A stretch of DNA of 64,000 nucleotides from an uncultured Thermoplasmata archaeon. GTDB taxonomy: Archaea > Thermoplasmatota > Thermoplasmata > UBA10834. Shown piece after piece: positions 19,243 through 28,352 of the stretch. The stretch spans positions 1,906,960 to 1,970,959 of the forward strand of contig OY970070.1 of the NCBI GenBank assembly GCA_963705355.1, read 5' to 3'. The notes under the pieces were generated by a model. It did not search any database, was not told the origin of the DNA, and worked only from the letters and a program-made list of their open reading frames with translations. Every line of letters begins with the position of its first letter. The first letter of the stretch is position 1. The position numbers and the translations under genes were made by a program.

Positions 19243-19271
19243 ATGGGCGACGTTTCAGTAGACGTCCCCAT
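19243..19271. terminator. Hairpin between the convergent peptide and TPR genes
   Basis: ATGGG(C)GACGTTT-cagt-AGACGTCCCCAT. Confidence 0.5.
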
Positions 19272-19313
19272 CCTAAACCAATAATCTTGCCAGGTTCGAC
19301 GGGAGAGTGTTAC

Positions 19314-20615
19314 TCAGCATCCTGCGAGAGTGGCCTCTGCCTTCCTGGCAAGGGCAACGTTGCCTATCTCTCTGTAGACGACGGAAGACTTCTTCAGTAG
19401 CTTCTTTGCCAACTTGGGATCGATTGCCGATTTCAATAGTGCCATTCCGTATTCGTAACAGCAAGCTGCGAAAGTATCCTCCACGCCAGAGGATCTCGCA
19501 GCTCTTACGCTCTTCTCAAACCATTCGAACCCCATCTGCAAGTTCGAGTTGTGGAATTCTACATACCCGTAGTTCCTGTAAGCAAGGGCAAGCATGTTCA
19601 GGTTGTTTGGTTCTTTGAAAACCGTAACCGCCTCGTCGGTGTATCTCAGTGAAGTGTCAATATCCCCAGCGCGTGCGCAGCAGTACCCAGCGTTCACAAG
19701 CGCAGCACCCAGAACCTCCATATTCCTGGTTGTCCTGCATGCAGAGATGGTCTTCTCGAAATACTCGGCAGCGTCTGTGAATCTCTCCCTCGACATGTTC
19801 AACACGCCGAGGTTGTTTGATATCCTGCACGAGTATTGCATATCCCCAATCTCAAGGAAATACTTCAAGCAGTTCTTGCTTGCATTCTCCGATTCTTCGG
19901 TTCTGCCCTCCAGGTCGTAGATGATTGCTAGGTTACCAAGAGCTTTTGCCTCTGCGTGTTTGTCTCCGATGGCCTTTGCCATAGATAGGCTGCTTTCGAA
20001 GCATCGGATTGCCGAAGCGTGGTCTCCCTTGTTGCCATACACGATTCCCATAGCTCCGTTCGTGAGACATACGCCTCTCCGGTCGCCCGCTTCCATGTAT
20101 TTCTCGATCGCGTTCAGGTATGACTCCAGTGCCTCATCCCAGCGGTTCTGCGCGACCTCTACTCTGCCCTGATAGAACAATGCGAATGCGAAGCTCTCGA
20201 CATCCTTTGTCCTCTCTGCAAGTCTCTTCAGCTCAAAACAGTTGAGCAATGCGCTATCCCAGTTGCTCGTATCACACTGTAGCGCCACGAGTTTCTTCAG
20301 GGCTTCCTTCCTCGTTCCATTGGATCCTCCATCGACGTCTCTTAAGGCGGCGACGTGTTCCTGAAGACTCCTATCAAGAGCCTTGATCTCTGGATGATTA
20401 GCAACAATTCCTCTGCCTTCCTTCGTCAGCGAGTAGCTTTCCTCATAATCCGCAAGGCCACCGTGGCCGATCCAACCTAGATCCTGCAAGCCCCTGAGCG
20501 CAGTCACACGGGCTTCTTTGGGAACTCCGTCAAGGCCGGATTTGATCAGCAATTGCCTGTTGTTCTCGCCGAGAACATAGAAGATGAGACTCTCTATCTC
20601 GTTTCTAGTGGCCAT
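19314..20615 (-). CDS. Winged-helix + TPR-repeat protein, putative regulator or peptide receptor
   Basis: ALRGLQDLGWI...YSLTKEGR wing; about 7 TPR units (A..F..SL..A..IGD, LGNLA, NNLG, LVNAG, YRNYG). Confidence 0.8.
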   Translation of the reverse strand: MATRNEIESLIFYVLGENNRQLLIKSGLDGVPKEARVTALRGLQDLGWIGHGGLADYEESYSLTKEGRGIVANHPEIKALDRSLQEHVAALRDVDGGSNGTRKEALKKLVALQCDTSNWDSALLNCFELKRLAERTKDVESFAFALFYQGRVEVAQNRWDEALESYLNAIEKYMEAGDRRGVCLTNGAMGIVYGNKGDHASAIRCFESSLSMAKAIGDKHAEAKALGNLAIIYDLEGRTEESENASKNCLKYFLEIGDMQYSCRISNNLGVLNMSRERFTDAAEYFEKTISACRTTRNMEVLGAALVNAGYCCARAGDIDTSLRYTDEAVTVFKEPNNLNMLALAYRNYGYVEFHNSNLQMGFEWFEKSVRAARSSGVEDTFAACCYEYGMALLKSAIDPKLAKKLLKKSSVVYREIGNVALARKAEATLAGC

Positions 20616-20817
20616 GCTCTCTCCGGGAAGGGAATTACGTTATCAGCTTATGGAATAGATATAGCTTTTCCATGAGAAACCATGGTTCACATGTGGCTGT
20701 TCCCAGAATACTGACGACCTCTGCTTCCTGTGGAGCATCGTTCCCCAGATTGCAGCATCGCATGACTGGGGCAGGAAGGCGGAATCAATATGCCTCCGCA
20801 TCCCGAATCGGTGCCTG

Positions 20818-21429
20818 ATGAACCGAAAGAAGTCCTCTTCCGAGAGTCGTCATGGTATCAGTGAGGGCCACCGCTTTTCTGCCGAAGGCGACTTCATCGA
20901 GCGCCTAGAAGGCTCGGAGCGCAGGGAGAGCATACCTATCGAGCGCATTCTGCCAAACCTGGGTCTCAGAAGGGAAGATGTCGTGGCAGACTTGGGCTCG
21001 GGGATCGGCTACTTCTCGCTCCCCGTTGCAGAGCACGTCCGAGAGGTTATTTCGATCGACCAAGAGCCGAAGATGCTCAGAGTGCTCTCGGAGCGACTGC
21101 ATGAGGGAGACTTGCGGAATGTCAGCCTTGTCCGAGGAGAGATTACCGGTCTACCGGTTGCGGATTCGTCGATAGACCACGTTCTTGCGGCGTTTGTCTA
21201 TCACGAAGTCCCCAGCCAAGAGGGGCTTATTCGCGAATGCGCTCGGATACTCAGAGAGGACGGGTTCCTGACCGTGATCGACTTCCAGAAACGAAGCACG
21301 TCTTTTGGCCCGCCCGTCAAAGAAAGGAAGAAGCCCGAGCACGTCCTGAGAACCTCGAGAGAATGGTTCAGATTGGCCTCACGACATGAGACCGAGGTCT
21401 ACTATCAGCTGCTCCTGACGCGCATCTGA
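20818..21429 (+). CDS. Class I SAM-dependent methyltransferase
   Basis: VADLGSGIGYF, LPVADSSID, RILREDG. Confidence 0.88.
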   Translation: MNRKKSSSESRHGISEGHRFSAEGDFIERLEGSERRESIPIERILPNLGLRREDVVADLGSGIGYFSLPVAEHVREVISIDQEPKMLRVLSERLHEGDLRNVSLVRGEITGLPVADSSIDHVLAAFVYHEVPSQEGLIRECARILREDGFLTVIDFQKRSTSFGPPVKERKKPEHVLRTSREWFRLASRHETEVYYQLLLTRI

Positions 21430-21435
21430 AGAAGG

Positions 21436-21511
21436 TGGCGCCCCGGTCGGGATTCGGACCCGAGTCCCGAGCTCGACAGGCTCGGATGATAGGCCGCTAC
21501 ACTACCGGGGC
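21436..21511 (-). tRNA. tRNA-Asp(GTC), CCA encoded
   Basis: GCCCCGG/CCGGGGC acceptor stem, CGAGC-CTGTCGA-GCTCG anticodon arm, T-loop TCCGAAT. Confidence 0.95.
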
Positions 21512-21630
21512 TTGTGGACAAGCGCTGGAATAGCGGCTTACAAAGCGTCGTCTTGAGGCAAAAGCGAACTGCGTATATAAGCGTTGGCGGGTTGCAGAAA
21601 TGCTGGCTTCAGTGCGATCTGAGCGTGCGC

Positions 21631-21834
21631 TCAGACCTTCTTCTCCTCCGGCTTGGCCGGAGTCGCAGGTGCCGGCTTCGGCTCGTCCTTGAACTCCTCG
21701 ACAGGCCTTGTCGTGTACACGCCGCACTTCATGCAGTAGAATGTGACGAAATCGTCGTCCTTGTCGTCGGCGATGAGTTCCTTGCCGCACATCCTGCATT
21801 TGGTCTTCATGTCTATCAGTTTCATGTGCACCAA
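21631..21834 (-). CDS. Small zinc-ribbon protein
   Basis: CRMCG...YCMKCG, Pro/Lys-rich tail. Confidence 0.6.
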   Translation of the reverse strand: MVHMKLIDMKTKCRMCGKELIADDKDDDFVTFYCMKCGVYTTRPVEEFKDEPKPAPATPAKPEEKKV

Positions 21835-21894
21835 CCTGTGAGCGGCCTCTGAATGACAGCTTGTTCTTTAAGCTTTGTGGAATCCAGCAGGAGC

Positions 21895-22923
21895 CTACTT
21901 CCAGTTCACCAGGATTTCCTCTCTGTTGAAGACCTTGAGGCTCAGGAGGACCACTCCAGCATCGACCGCGATGACTGCAAGCGAGAAGACGATCATCGGC
22001 AGCAGCGCCGTCGACAGAACGCCTGCCAAGCTGAAGAAGAAGAACAGCAGGACGGGAAGGATGAGCACACCACCGATTTGCTGCGACACCCTCACGTCAT
22101 TCACCCTCGAGGAGATAATCACGTTCGCCAGTATGCTCATGAGACACATCCCCGGTGCGAGCAGCAGTATGCCAACGATCCAGTACGCGTTGGGCAGCGG
22201 ATAGTATCCAAGGAACGGCTTGGTGAGAACATCGACCATGACCACCGCGACTATGAACGAGATCCAAGTCGCTCCCATGCTCACTGCGAATATCGAACCA
22301 GACTTCCCCGCAAGCAGTTCTAGGTCGGTTGTGGGAGTCGCCAAGAGCGGTTCAAGGCTCCTGTTGACCTTCTCGCCCACGAAGCTGTATGACGCAGTGA
22401 CGGTCGGTATTGTGACCGGTGTCATTATGAGGAGGATCAGCAGCACGTTGAACATGAGTGCCTTGAGCTGCTCGAGCTCGTGGCTTCCACCGGCATATTG
22501 CGATGAGCGGACCGTGTTGCCGACATCGCTTGAGAGATTGACCAGGTAGCACTGGTCGAGCATGCTGCTTCGGACGGACGAATAGGCTATGCGCGACTCG
22601 TTCAGGTTGGAATTGACTATCGTGCAGTTCTCAACTATGCTATTCCTGATGACGCTGTTCGTTATGTTCACGTACTGCAGCCTCGCGTTGACCACCGTAG
22701 CGTCCGTCAGTGTTGCGTTGTCCAGGATGTAGCTGATGTCGAACTTCAGATCTAATTGGGCCTGGCTTTGCCGGCTTAACTGGTTGATCGGGACAACATA
22801 CACGACCGGCAGGATCACGGATGCGAAGAGAGGCATGAGCACGATCGTCAGCATGATGTACCTGTTCTTGCGGAACTCAGACAGATCCTTCTTGGCGACG
22901 ATTATCGCTCGATCCATCCTCAT
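21895..22923 (-). CDS. ABC-2 type exporter permease
   Basis: ASYSFVGEKVNRSLEPLLATP, six TM helices, repetitive extracellular loop. Confidence 0.88.
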   Translation of the reverse strand: MRMDRAIIVAKKDLSEFRKNRYIMLTIVLMPLFASVILPVVYVVPINQLSRQSQAQLDLKFDISYILDNATLTDATVVNARLQYVNITNSVIRNSIVENCTIVNSNLNESRIAYSSVRSSMLDQCYLVNLSSDVGNTVRSSQYAGGSHELEQLKALMFNVLLILLIMTPVTIPTVTASYSFVGEKVNRSLEPLLATPTTDLELLAGKSGSIFAVSMGATWISFIVAVVMVDVLTKPFLGYYPLPNAYWIVGILLLAPGMCLMSILANVIISSRVNDVRVSQQIGGVLILPVLLFFFFSLAGVLSTALLPMIVFSLAVIAVDAGVVLLSLKVFNREEILVNWK

Positions 22924-23846
22924 CGGCTTCCGCCTCCGATGAGCTTCATGTAGACATCCTCGAGCGACCTCTTGAGCTCTGTAACGTACTCTATCTTCGC
23001 CCCCGCCCGCGCGAGCCTCTCAACGATGACCGGATTCCTAGTCTCCGGATCATCCAGATCCACGAGGATCCGGCCATCTTCAACCCGAACGTTCGAAGCG
23101 AATTCGAGACCGCGGACGATGTCGACGTACGAAGTATCTGGGGAAGCCAGCTCTATCACAGTCGTCCTGCCCCAGTACCTCCTCGCGAGTTCCTTGGGCG
23201 AGCCTATGGCAAGTGCTGTTCTGTTCATCACAGCGATCCTGTCGCAGAGTCTCTCCACCTCGTCGAGGTGGTGGCTGTTGATGAACACCGTTCTCCCCTC
23301 TTTCTTCAGGGCTACGAGGAACTCCCGAACTGTCAGTGAGGCCTGAGGGTCGAGGCCAGCTGTCGGCTCATCCAGGAAAACCACCTGTGGATCGTGAACG
23401 AAAGCGCGGGCGATCGCAATCTTCTGCTTCATGCCCTTGGAGTAGGTCGCTATCGGCTCTTCCCTGCGGTCCCAGAGATCGAGCATCTTCAGGAGCTCCT
23501 CGATCCTCTTTTCCCTGCGGTCCTTCGGAACGCCGTAAAGCTGCGCGAAGAAGTCGAGATTCTTGTTTGCGCTCAGGGACTCATACAACCCTGGCGACTC
23601 GGGAAGGACGCCCACAATCCCTCGGATCTTCTGCGATTCGACCTCCTTGTTGATCTCGAAGCCGTTGACAAAAGCCGTTCCAGAAGTCTGCTTGATCAAA
23701 CACGCGAGCATCCTGATTGTGGTGGTCTTGCCCGCGCCGTTCGGCCCGAGCAGTCCGAAAACCTCTCCCTGCTCGACCTTCAGGTTCAGGTCCTCGACTG
23801 CAACCTTTCCGTCGAAGGTTCGGCCGAGGCCAACAGTCTCAATCAT
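22920..23846 (-). CDS. ABC transporter ATP-binding protein
   Basis: GPNGAGKTT, YSKGMKQK, FLDEPT. Confidence 0.95.
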   Translation of the reverse strand: MIETVGLGRTFDGKVAVEDLNLKVEQGEVFGLLGPNGAGKTTTIRMLACLIKQTSGTAFVNGFEINKEVESQKIRGIVGVLPESPGLYESLSANKNLDFFAQLYGVPKDRREKRIEELLKMLDLWDRREEPIATYSKGMKQKIAIARAFVHDPQVVFLDEPTAGLDPQASLTVREFLVALKKEGRTVFINSHHLDEVERLCDRIAVMNRTALAIGSPKELARRYWGRTTVIELASPDTSYVDIVRGLEFASNVRVEDGRILVDLDDPETRNPVIVERLARAGAKIEYVTELKRSLEDVYMKLIGGGSR

Positions 23847-23929
23847 CGCGATGTCACTCCGTCAGCTTGCCGTGCTGACACAGACGCTTGCATCTGATAA
23901 AGAATACGGTGGGACTATCATTTTGCGCC

Positions 23930-24298
23930 TTACATGCGAGAGGACATGATCTTCAATATCGCCTCTGCGGGAGCACCGTCTGTCTCCTGAAGGGCCTTCC
24001 TGGCTTCGGCCGGCGTGCAGCCAGTCTGTGATACCACCAACTTGATGTCGTCCTCTGGAATGCCGCCCTCCTTGCCCTCTTCCCGCTTGCGCTCTCTCTC
24101 CTGCGGCGTGCCCACAATCTGGTAGGTCTTCTGTCCCTGGACGGTGACGGCGGTGACCGCAGCGTCCTTGAAAACGAGCTCCTTAGTCCTGGTCTTGATG
24201 ACGACCTCTTCGACCTCAGGCATTTCCTCTTGGTCGATCCCCATCCGCTTCATCATCGCTTTCATCTGCTTGGGGTTCATCCTTCCGCCGGGCATCAT
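23930..24298 (-). CDS. nac: Nascent polypeptide-associated complex protein
   Basis: MMPGGRMNPKQMKAMMKRMGI, QGQKTYQIVG, IPEDDIKLVVSQTG UBA-like tail. Confidence 0.92.
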   Translation of the reverse strand: MMPGGRMNPKQMKAMMKRMGIDQEEMPEVEEVVIKTRTKELVFKDAAVTAVTVQGQKTYQIVGTPQERERKREEGKEGGIPEDDIKLVVSQTGCTPAEARKALQETDGAPAEAILKIMSSRM

Positions 24299-24409
24299 TC
24301 TGGGCACCTCTCGCGGCTCGCATCCTCTGCAACAGGCAATCTTCATAAAAGGGTTTTGGGCCATTTCCATTTATTCTACGAAGTAAGTACTGTTCCGGAG
24401 TTGTCGGAC

Positions 24410-25045
24410 ATGTCGGAAGAGATCGCGGATCCTCGAAGTGCGAAGCGGCTGAGGCTCTGGTATTTGGTGATAGTCATTGCCGTCGCCGCGATACTCGGGT
24501 TCTCGATGTTGTCGGTGCTCCTATATCGCCAAATGCAGGACTATCATGATGCCAAGTACAGGTCCCAGTATGTCATCGTCGGCGATATCAGCACCTACGC
24601 CCAGTTGGTCGATTCGCACGTCGCCACAATGACAAATACCAGCATCACTCTGAATGACAGAGCGATTGCAGGCACTTCTGCGGTCAATGACCTGAGATAT
24701 CTCTCATCTCTGGTCCGCGCAATTCGAGAAATGTACCTTGCTGATTCGGAGAAGAACGATACGCTCTACATTCTTGGACAGGCGGTCGATACTCTGGGCA
24801 TGAACGCCGAGACGGTGTATGACAACTTGCTGAGGAATCTCACCGATGGCGTCCCCATGCTCGAGCATCCGGCTCTGAATGCCAAGCTTGAGACGGCCGC
24901 CGCTCTGATCGGCAGCCTGTCCCCGGTCCTGGACGCCGGATTCAAAGAGGGCGTGGATTTCGAGAAGCATCCGTATTCCATCGTGAACAATCTGGATCTG
25001 GCATCGATTCGGAGCATTTCCGTCTCGGTCATCAATGCATTCTGA
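24410..25045 (+). CDS. Hypothetical single-TM-anchored helical protein
   Basis: One N-terminal hydrophobic helix, several N-x-S/T sequons. Confidence 0.6.
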   Translation: MSEEIADPRSAKRLRLWYLVIVIAVAAILGFSMLSVLLYRQMQDYHDAKYRSQYVIVGDISTYAQLVDSHVATMTNTSITLNDRAIAGTSAVNDLRYLSSLVRAIREMYLADSEKNDTLYILGQAVDTLGMNAETVYDNLLRNLTDGVPMLEHPALNAKLETAAALIGSLSPVLDAGFKEGVDFEKHPYSIVNNLDLASIRSISVSVINAF

Positions 25046-25148
25046 TCGATGCCATAAGGACATTCTACGATCCTTCACGATTCCTTCGAGGAAACGTTTT
25101 ATACGCCCCTCGAACATTGATGATGCACTCTCGCGAATGTCAAGGTCG

Positions 25149-25643
25149 ATGGATATGGCCGGTATCGAGAAGGACTTGATGGATGCGCAGGACGCGATGG
25201 CGAGCGGCGACTTCGACGGTGCCATCTCGAAGTACAATAAGGTCCTCAAGGCGGACCCGAAACGCGCAGATGCATATTTCGGAAAGGCCGAGGCGTCTGT
25301 AGGAGTTCCGAAGATGACGCCCGAAGAGGTCATGGAGCTCTACAAGAAAGCCGTCGAACTGGACCCCAAGAACCCGATCTATCAGTCCTCATATGCCGCG
25401 TACCTCATCGAGATTGGGAGGTTCAACGAAGCCGAGGCGGCGTATCTGAAAGCCGCTGAGCTGGATCCGGACAACGCAAGATACTACTTCTCAGAATTCG
25501 GAGTCGAGTACATTCAGCGAGCTCCAGTGGTGATGGAGAAGTTCCTTGACGACAAGACCAAGGAGATGATCCTCAAGAAGGGTCTGAAGTACCTCCTGAA
25601 AGCAGCAGGCATCACAGAGGAAGAGGCGAAGAAGCTCCTCTGA
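25149..25643 (+). CDS. TPR-repeat protein
   Basis: A...Y.K.L..DP repeats; start 25137, 25149 or 25155. Confidence 0.8.
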   Translation: MDMAGIEKDLMDAQDAMASGDFDGAISKYNKVLKADPKRADAYFGKAEASVGVPKMTPEEVMELYKKAVELDPKNPIYQSSYAAYLIEIGRFNEAEAAYLKAAELDPDNARYYFSEFGVEYIQRAPVVMEKFLDDKTKEMILKKGLKYLLKAAGITEEEAKKLL

Positions 25644-25649
25644 TAGTGC

Positions 25650-25805
25650 TCAGGTCAGTCGTTTTACCCTCTTCTGTCCTCCAGCGCAAGTCCTGCAAAC
25701 ATGCGTGACCGGATCGGAATCCTGAGGGCAGACAAGCCTTCCGCAGAGAGGGCAGGTCGTCGCAGCGGGCCGGCCGCATATGCTGCAAATACCGATCATC
25801 GACAT
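25650..25805 (-). CDS. Small Cys-rich zinc-finger protein
   Basis: CSICG, CPLCG..VC, C..C. Confidence 0.6.
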   Translation of the reverse strand: MSMIGICSICGRPAATTCPLCGRLVCPQDSDPVTHVCRTCAGGQKRVKRLT

Positions 25806-25849
25806 GGCGGACTGTGAAGCGATTCGCAGCGAGATAAAACCTTCCGAAT

Positions 25850-26563
25850 CTAGCGCTCTGTGAGCCCGAGCCACACGAGACCTTCGATAACGCCTTTTCC
25901 GTCCGATCCCTTGGCGACGAATGATGCTACCCGCTTCGTGCCCTCGAACGCATTCCCTACTGCTATCCCGTACCCGCACTCACGGATCATCATCTCGTCA
26001 TTGTCAGAGTCGCCTATTGCGGCGACATCCTTGACCGATATCCCGAGAAGCTCGCATCCCTTCTGGATCCCGCGGAACTTGTTCATCCCCTTCTCCATTA
26101 TGTGCACTGCCCAGCCGGTCGTCTGCACATCCACGGGCCAGTCCTTCAGAATCTCCTTGACCTTCTCGAGGCTCACGTCTCGTTTCAGCCCGATCTCGGT
26201 CTCGCGCCATTTGTCGGTGAAAAGCCTCTCGGCGTCCATCTTGGTCCTGAGGAAGTCGTATGCCTTTCGCGGGCCTTCCAGAGCTCCAAGGGTCCATGTC
26301 TTCTGCTGGTAGGACACGATCCCGCCGTTCTCGGCAATGATAGGGCCCTTGAACCCCAGATAGTTGGACAGGGCATAGGCGATGGGGAGGACATTCCCGC
26401 TCGCCAACATGATTGGCATTCCAGAATCTTGTACGTCGCGGAGTGCTGCCACCGCCTCGAGGTCAACCCTCCTGGAATCGTCCGCGAGCGTGCCGTCAAC
26501 ATCCACCGCGAGAGCCTTGATCTCCTCTGGGTTCGGCCTACGCTTCCTTCTGCCAGCGCTCAC
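25850..26563 (-). CDS. Phosphoglycolate phosphatase, TA0175-type HAD
   Basis: DVDGTL, ASGN, IAENGG, IGDSDND. Confidence 0.9.
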   Translation of the reverse strand: MSAGRRKRRPNPEEIKALAVDVDGTLADDSRRVDLEAVAALRDVQDSGMPIMLASGNVLPIAYALSNYLGFKGPIIAENGGIVSYQQKTWTLGALEGPRKAYDFLRTKMDAERLFTDKWRETEIGLKRDVSLEKVKEILKDWPVDVQTTGWAVHIMEKGMNKFRGIQKGCELLGISVKDVAAIGDSDNDEMMIRECGYGIAVGNAFEGTKRVASFVAKGSDGKGVIEGLVWLGLTER

Positions 26564-27456
26564 TTGCTCCTCAGCTCGCCAAGGGTAGTGACTCTCTCCG
26601 CAAAAGCGTTGTGTTTGTGTATGGATTCCTCGCTCTCGCTGCGGACCGTCACATGTACGGAATCGTCCAGGTGCTTGTACTTCTTCAGCAGCTTGCCCAG
26701 AATGTCCCTGACGACATCCTCGACGAACTTCGGGTTCTCGTGCGCCTTCAGGACAACATTCGCCTCATCTTTGCGCTTCAGAATGCCGTATGTGGGGCTG
26801 CTGAGCGAACTCTCCACGATCTCGACCAGGTCGTCGGCCTCGACCTCGACATGCTCGGGCACCTCGATCATCAGCGAAGTCCTGTTGCGCTGGTTGTGCG
26901 ATATCATCGGGACATCGGAAGGCACCCGCTTCAGTTCAGGATGCTTCGCCGTCAGCTGGTGCCTGACGGTTTCCATGGCGCATGGACAAGCGGTCATGCC
27001 CTGAACCTCGACCCCGACCAACTTCATGAGGCCGTTGCCTCGCATCGCAGTGGCCTTCGCCATCAGCTTGAACGGCTCGAGCGACGCCTTCCCACCGTCC
27101 GGCCTTCGCTCGAGAAAATAGTCCGCGGACATCTGGACCTCGGCGAAGCTCGCGTAGTCGTGCCTCACGAGCAGCTTCTTGCACAGGTTCGCCGCTAACT
27201 GCTCGAGGCTCGCCACCTTTGTCCTCACGCTCTCCTCGAGCATCTCGGTGATCACCTCGACGTTCCGGGACATGTGCGACCCTCTCTGTGTCGATGGGAG
27301 GTCGACGAAAGCATCGATGACCGCGGTGAGGTGGTTGTCCTTGCCGTCCCTGTGGACCACTATCGGCTTGCGGACTCCAGTGATCCCCACCCGCGTCAGC
27401 TTGAAACTGTTCTCAAGCCTCTTGGCCTGACAATCCAGCCTGTCCTTTTGCGTCAA
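26560..27456 (-). CDS. mptA: GTP cyclohydrolase MptA/FolE2 family
   Basis: RGSHMSR, GMTACPCA, HNQR, NPKFVEDVVR, ESIHKHNA. Confidence 0.92.
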   Translation of the reverse strand: MTQKDRLDCQAKRLENSFKLTRVGITGVRKPIVVHRDGKDNHLTAVIDAFVDLPSTQRGSHMSRNVEVITEMLEESVRTKVASLEQLAANLCKKLLVRHDYASFAEVQMSADYFLERRPDGGKASLEPFKLMAKATAMRGNGLMKLVGVEVQGMTACPCAMETVRHQLTAKHPELKRVPSDVPMISHNQRNRTSLMIEVPEHVEVEADDLVEIVESSLSSPTYGILKRKDEANVVLKAHENPKFVEDVVRDILGKLLKKYKHLDDSVHVTVRSESEESIHKHNAFAERVTTLGELRSK

Positions 27457-27534
27457 CGCGCGGGCATAACCTGGCCTGAATAATAAATAGTGGTGAATTT
27501 ACTATTCGAACGGTAGCTCAGCCTTGCTTTTTAT

Positions 27535-28266
27535 TCACTCGTACCGCTGGCAACGGTAGCAGAAGTATCTGTTGTACTCGGGGATGTATTTCAGCGATCC
27601 GCCGCATCTCGGGCAGGTCCTGCCAGGCATCGGCGGAGCCACAGGAGGCGTGACAGCGGTGGCAGCGACGGCCGAGCTCGAGCCCACATGCTGCACCATG
27701 CGCCTGCGTTCGGCCTCATCCTTCAGAGCTATCATCTGAAACGCTCCTCCGAAAACCATGACGGCCAAGATGCTCAACACGACCAACATCATCTGCTGAT
27801 CTGTCAGCAACAGCCCAAACCCGACGAGCAGCCCGCCCACGACGGCCGTCACGATGCCGATCGCCGCCTCGATGTAGACGAATGTGACGGCAAACGCGAT
27901 CACGCCGATCACGAGCGCGACGAGGGTGTTCGTCACGAGGAGGTCAGCTACCACGAAACCGAGCACGCCTGCAACGATGCCGATCCCGAGCCTCGCCAGG
28001 AAGATGAACAGCGCGCTCCCGACGATCGAAGCGAGAACCCCGACGATGAATCCCACGAGTATCCCGCCTATCGCAGTCCCGATGGCGAACCCGATCAGGC
28101 CCCCGATGATGGCGCCGATGAACGACATGACGCGCTTCCATATCCTACGGCCTGAGAATGCGAGGAACAGCCCGACTATCACCAGCAATACCGCGACAAT
28201 CAGCAACAGCTCCTTGTTCGTGCTCAGGTCCAGCCCCAATATGTCCTGTTGCGCCCTAGCGATCAT
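27535..28266 (-). CDS. Multi-TM protein (DUF4203/TM198-like) with C-terminal Zn ribbon
   Basis: Gly-rich TM helices; CPRCG..L.YI.EY.RY.C..C tail. Confidence 0.65.
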   Translation of the reverse strand: MIARAQQDILGLDLSTNKELLLIVAVLLVIVGLFLAFSGRRIWKRVMSFIGAIIGGLIGFAIGTAIGGILVGFIVGVLASIVGSALFIFLARLGIGIVAGVLGFVVADLLVTNTLVALVIGVIAFAVTFVYIEAAIGIVTAVVGGLLVGFGLLLTDQQMMLVVLSILAVMVFGGAFQMIALKDEAERRRMVQHVGSSSAVAATAVTPPVAPPMPGRTCPRCGGSLKYIPEYNRYFCYRCQRYE

Positions 28267-28352
28267 CCTCGACAATATCGCCCAGAAGGACAATAAGCCT
28301 TTCCGGGCAGAACTCAAAACCTCTATCTACGCTCTGCCCCATGCGAGGAAGG

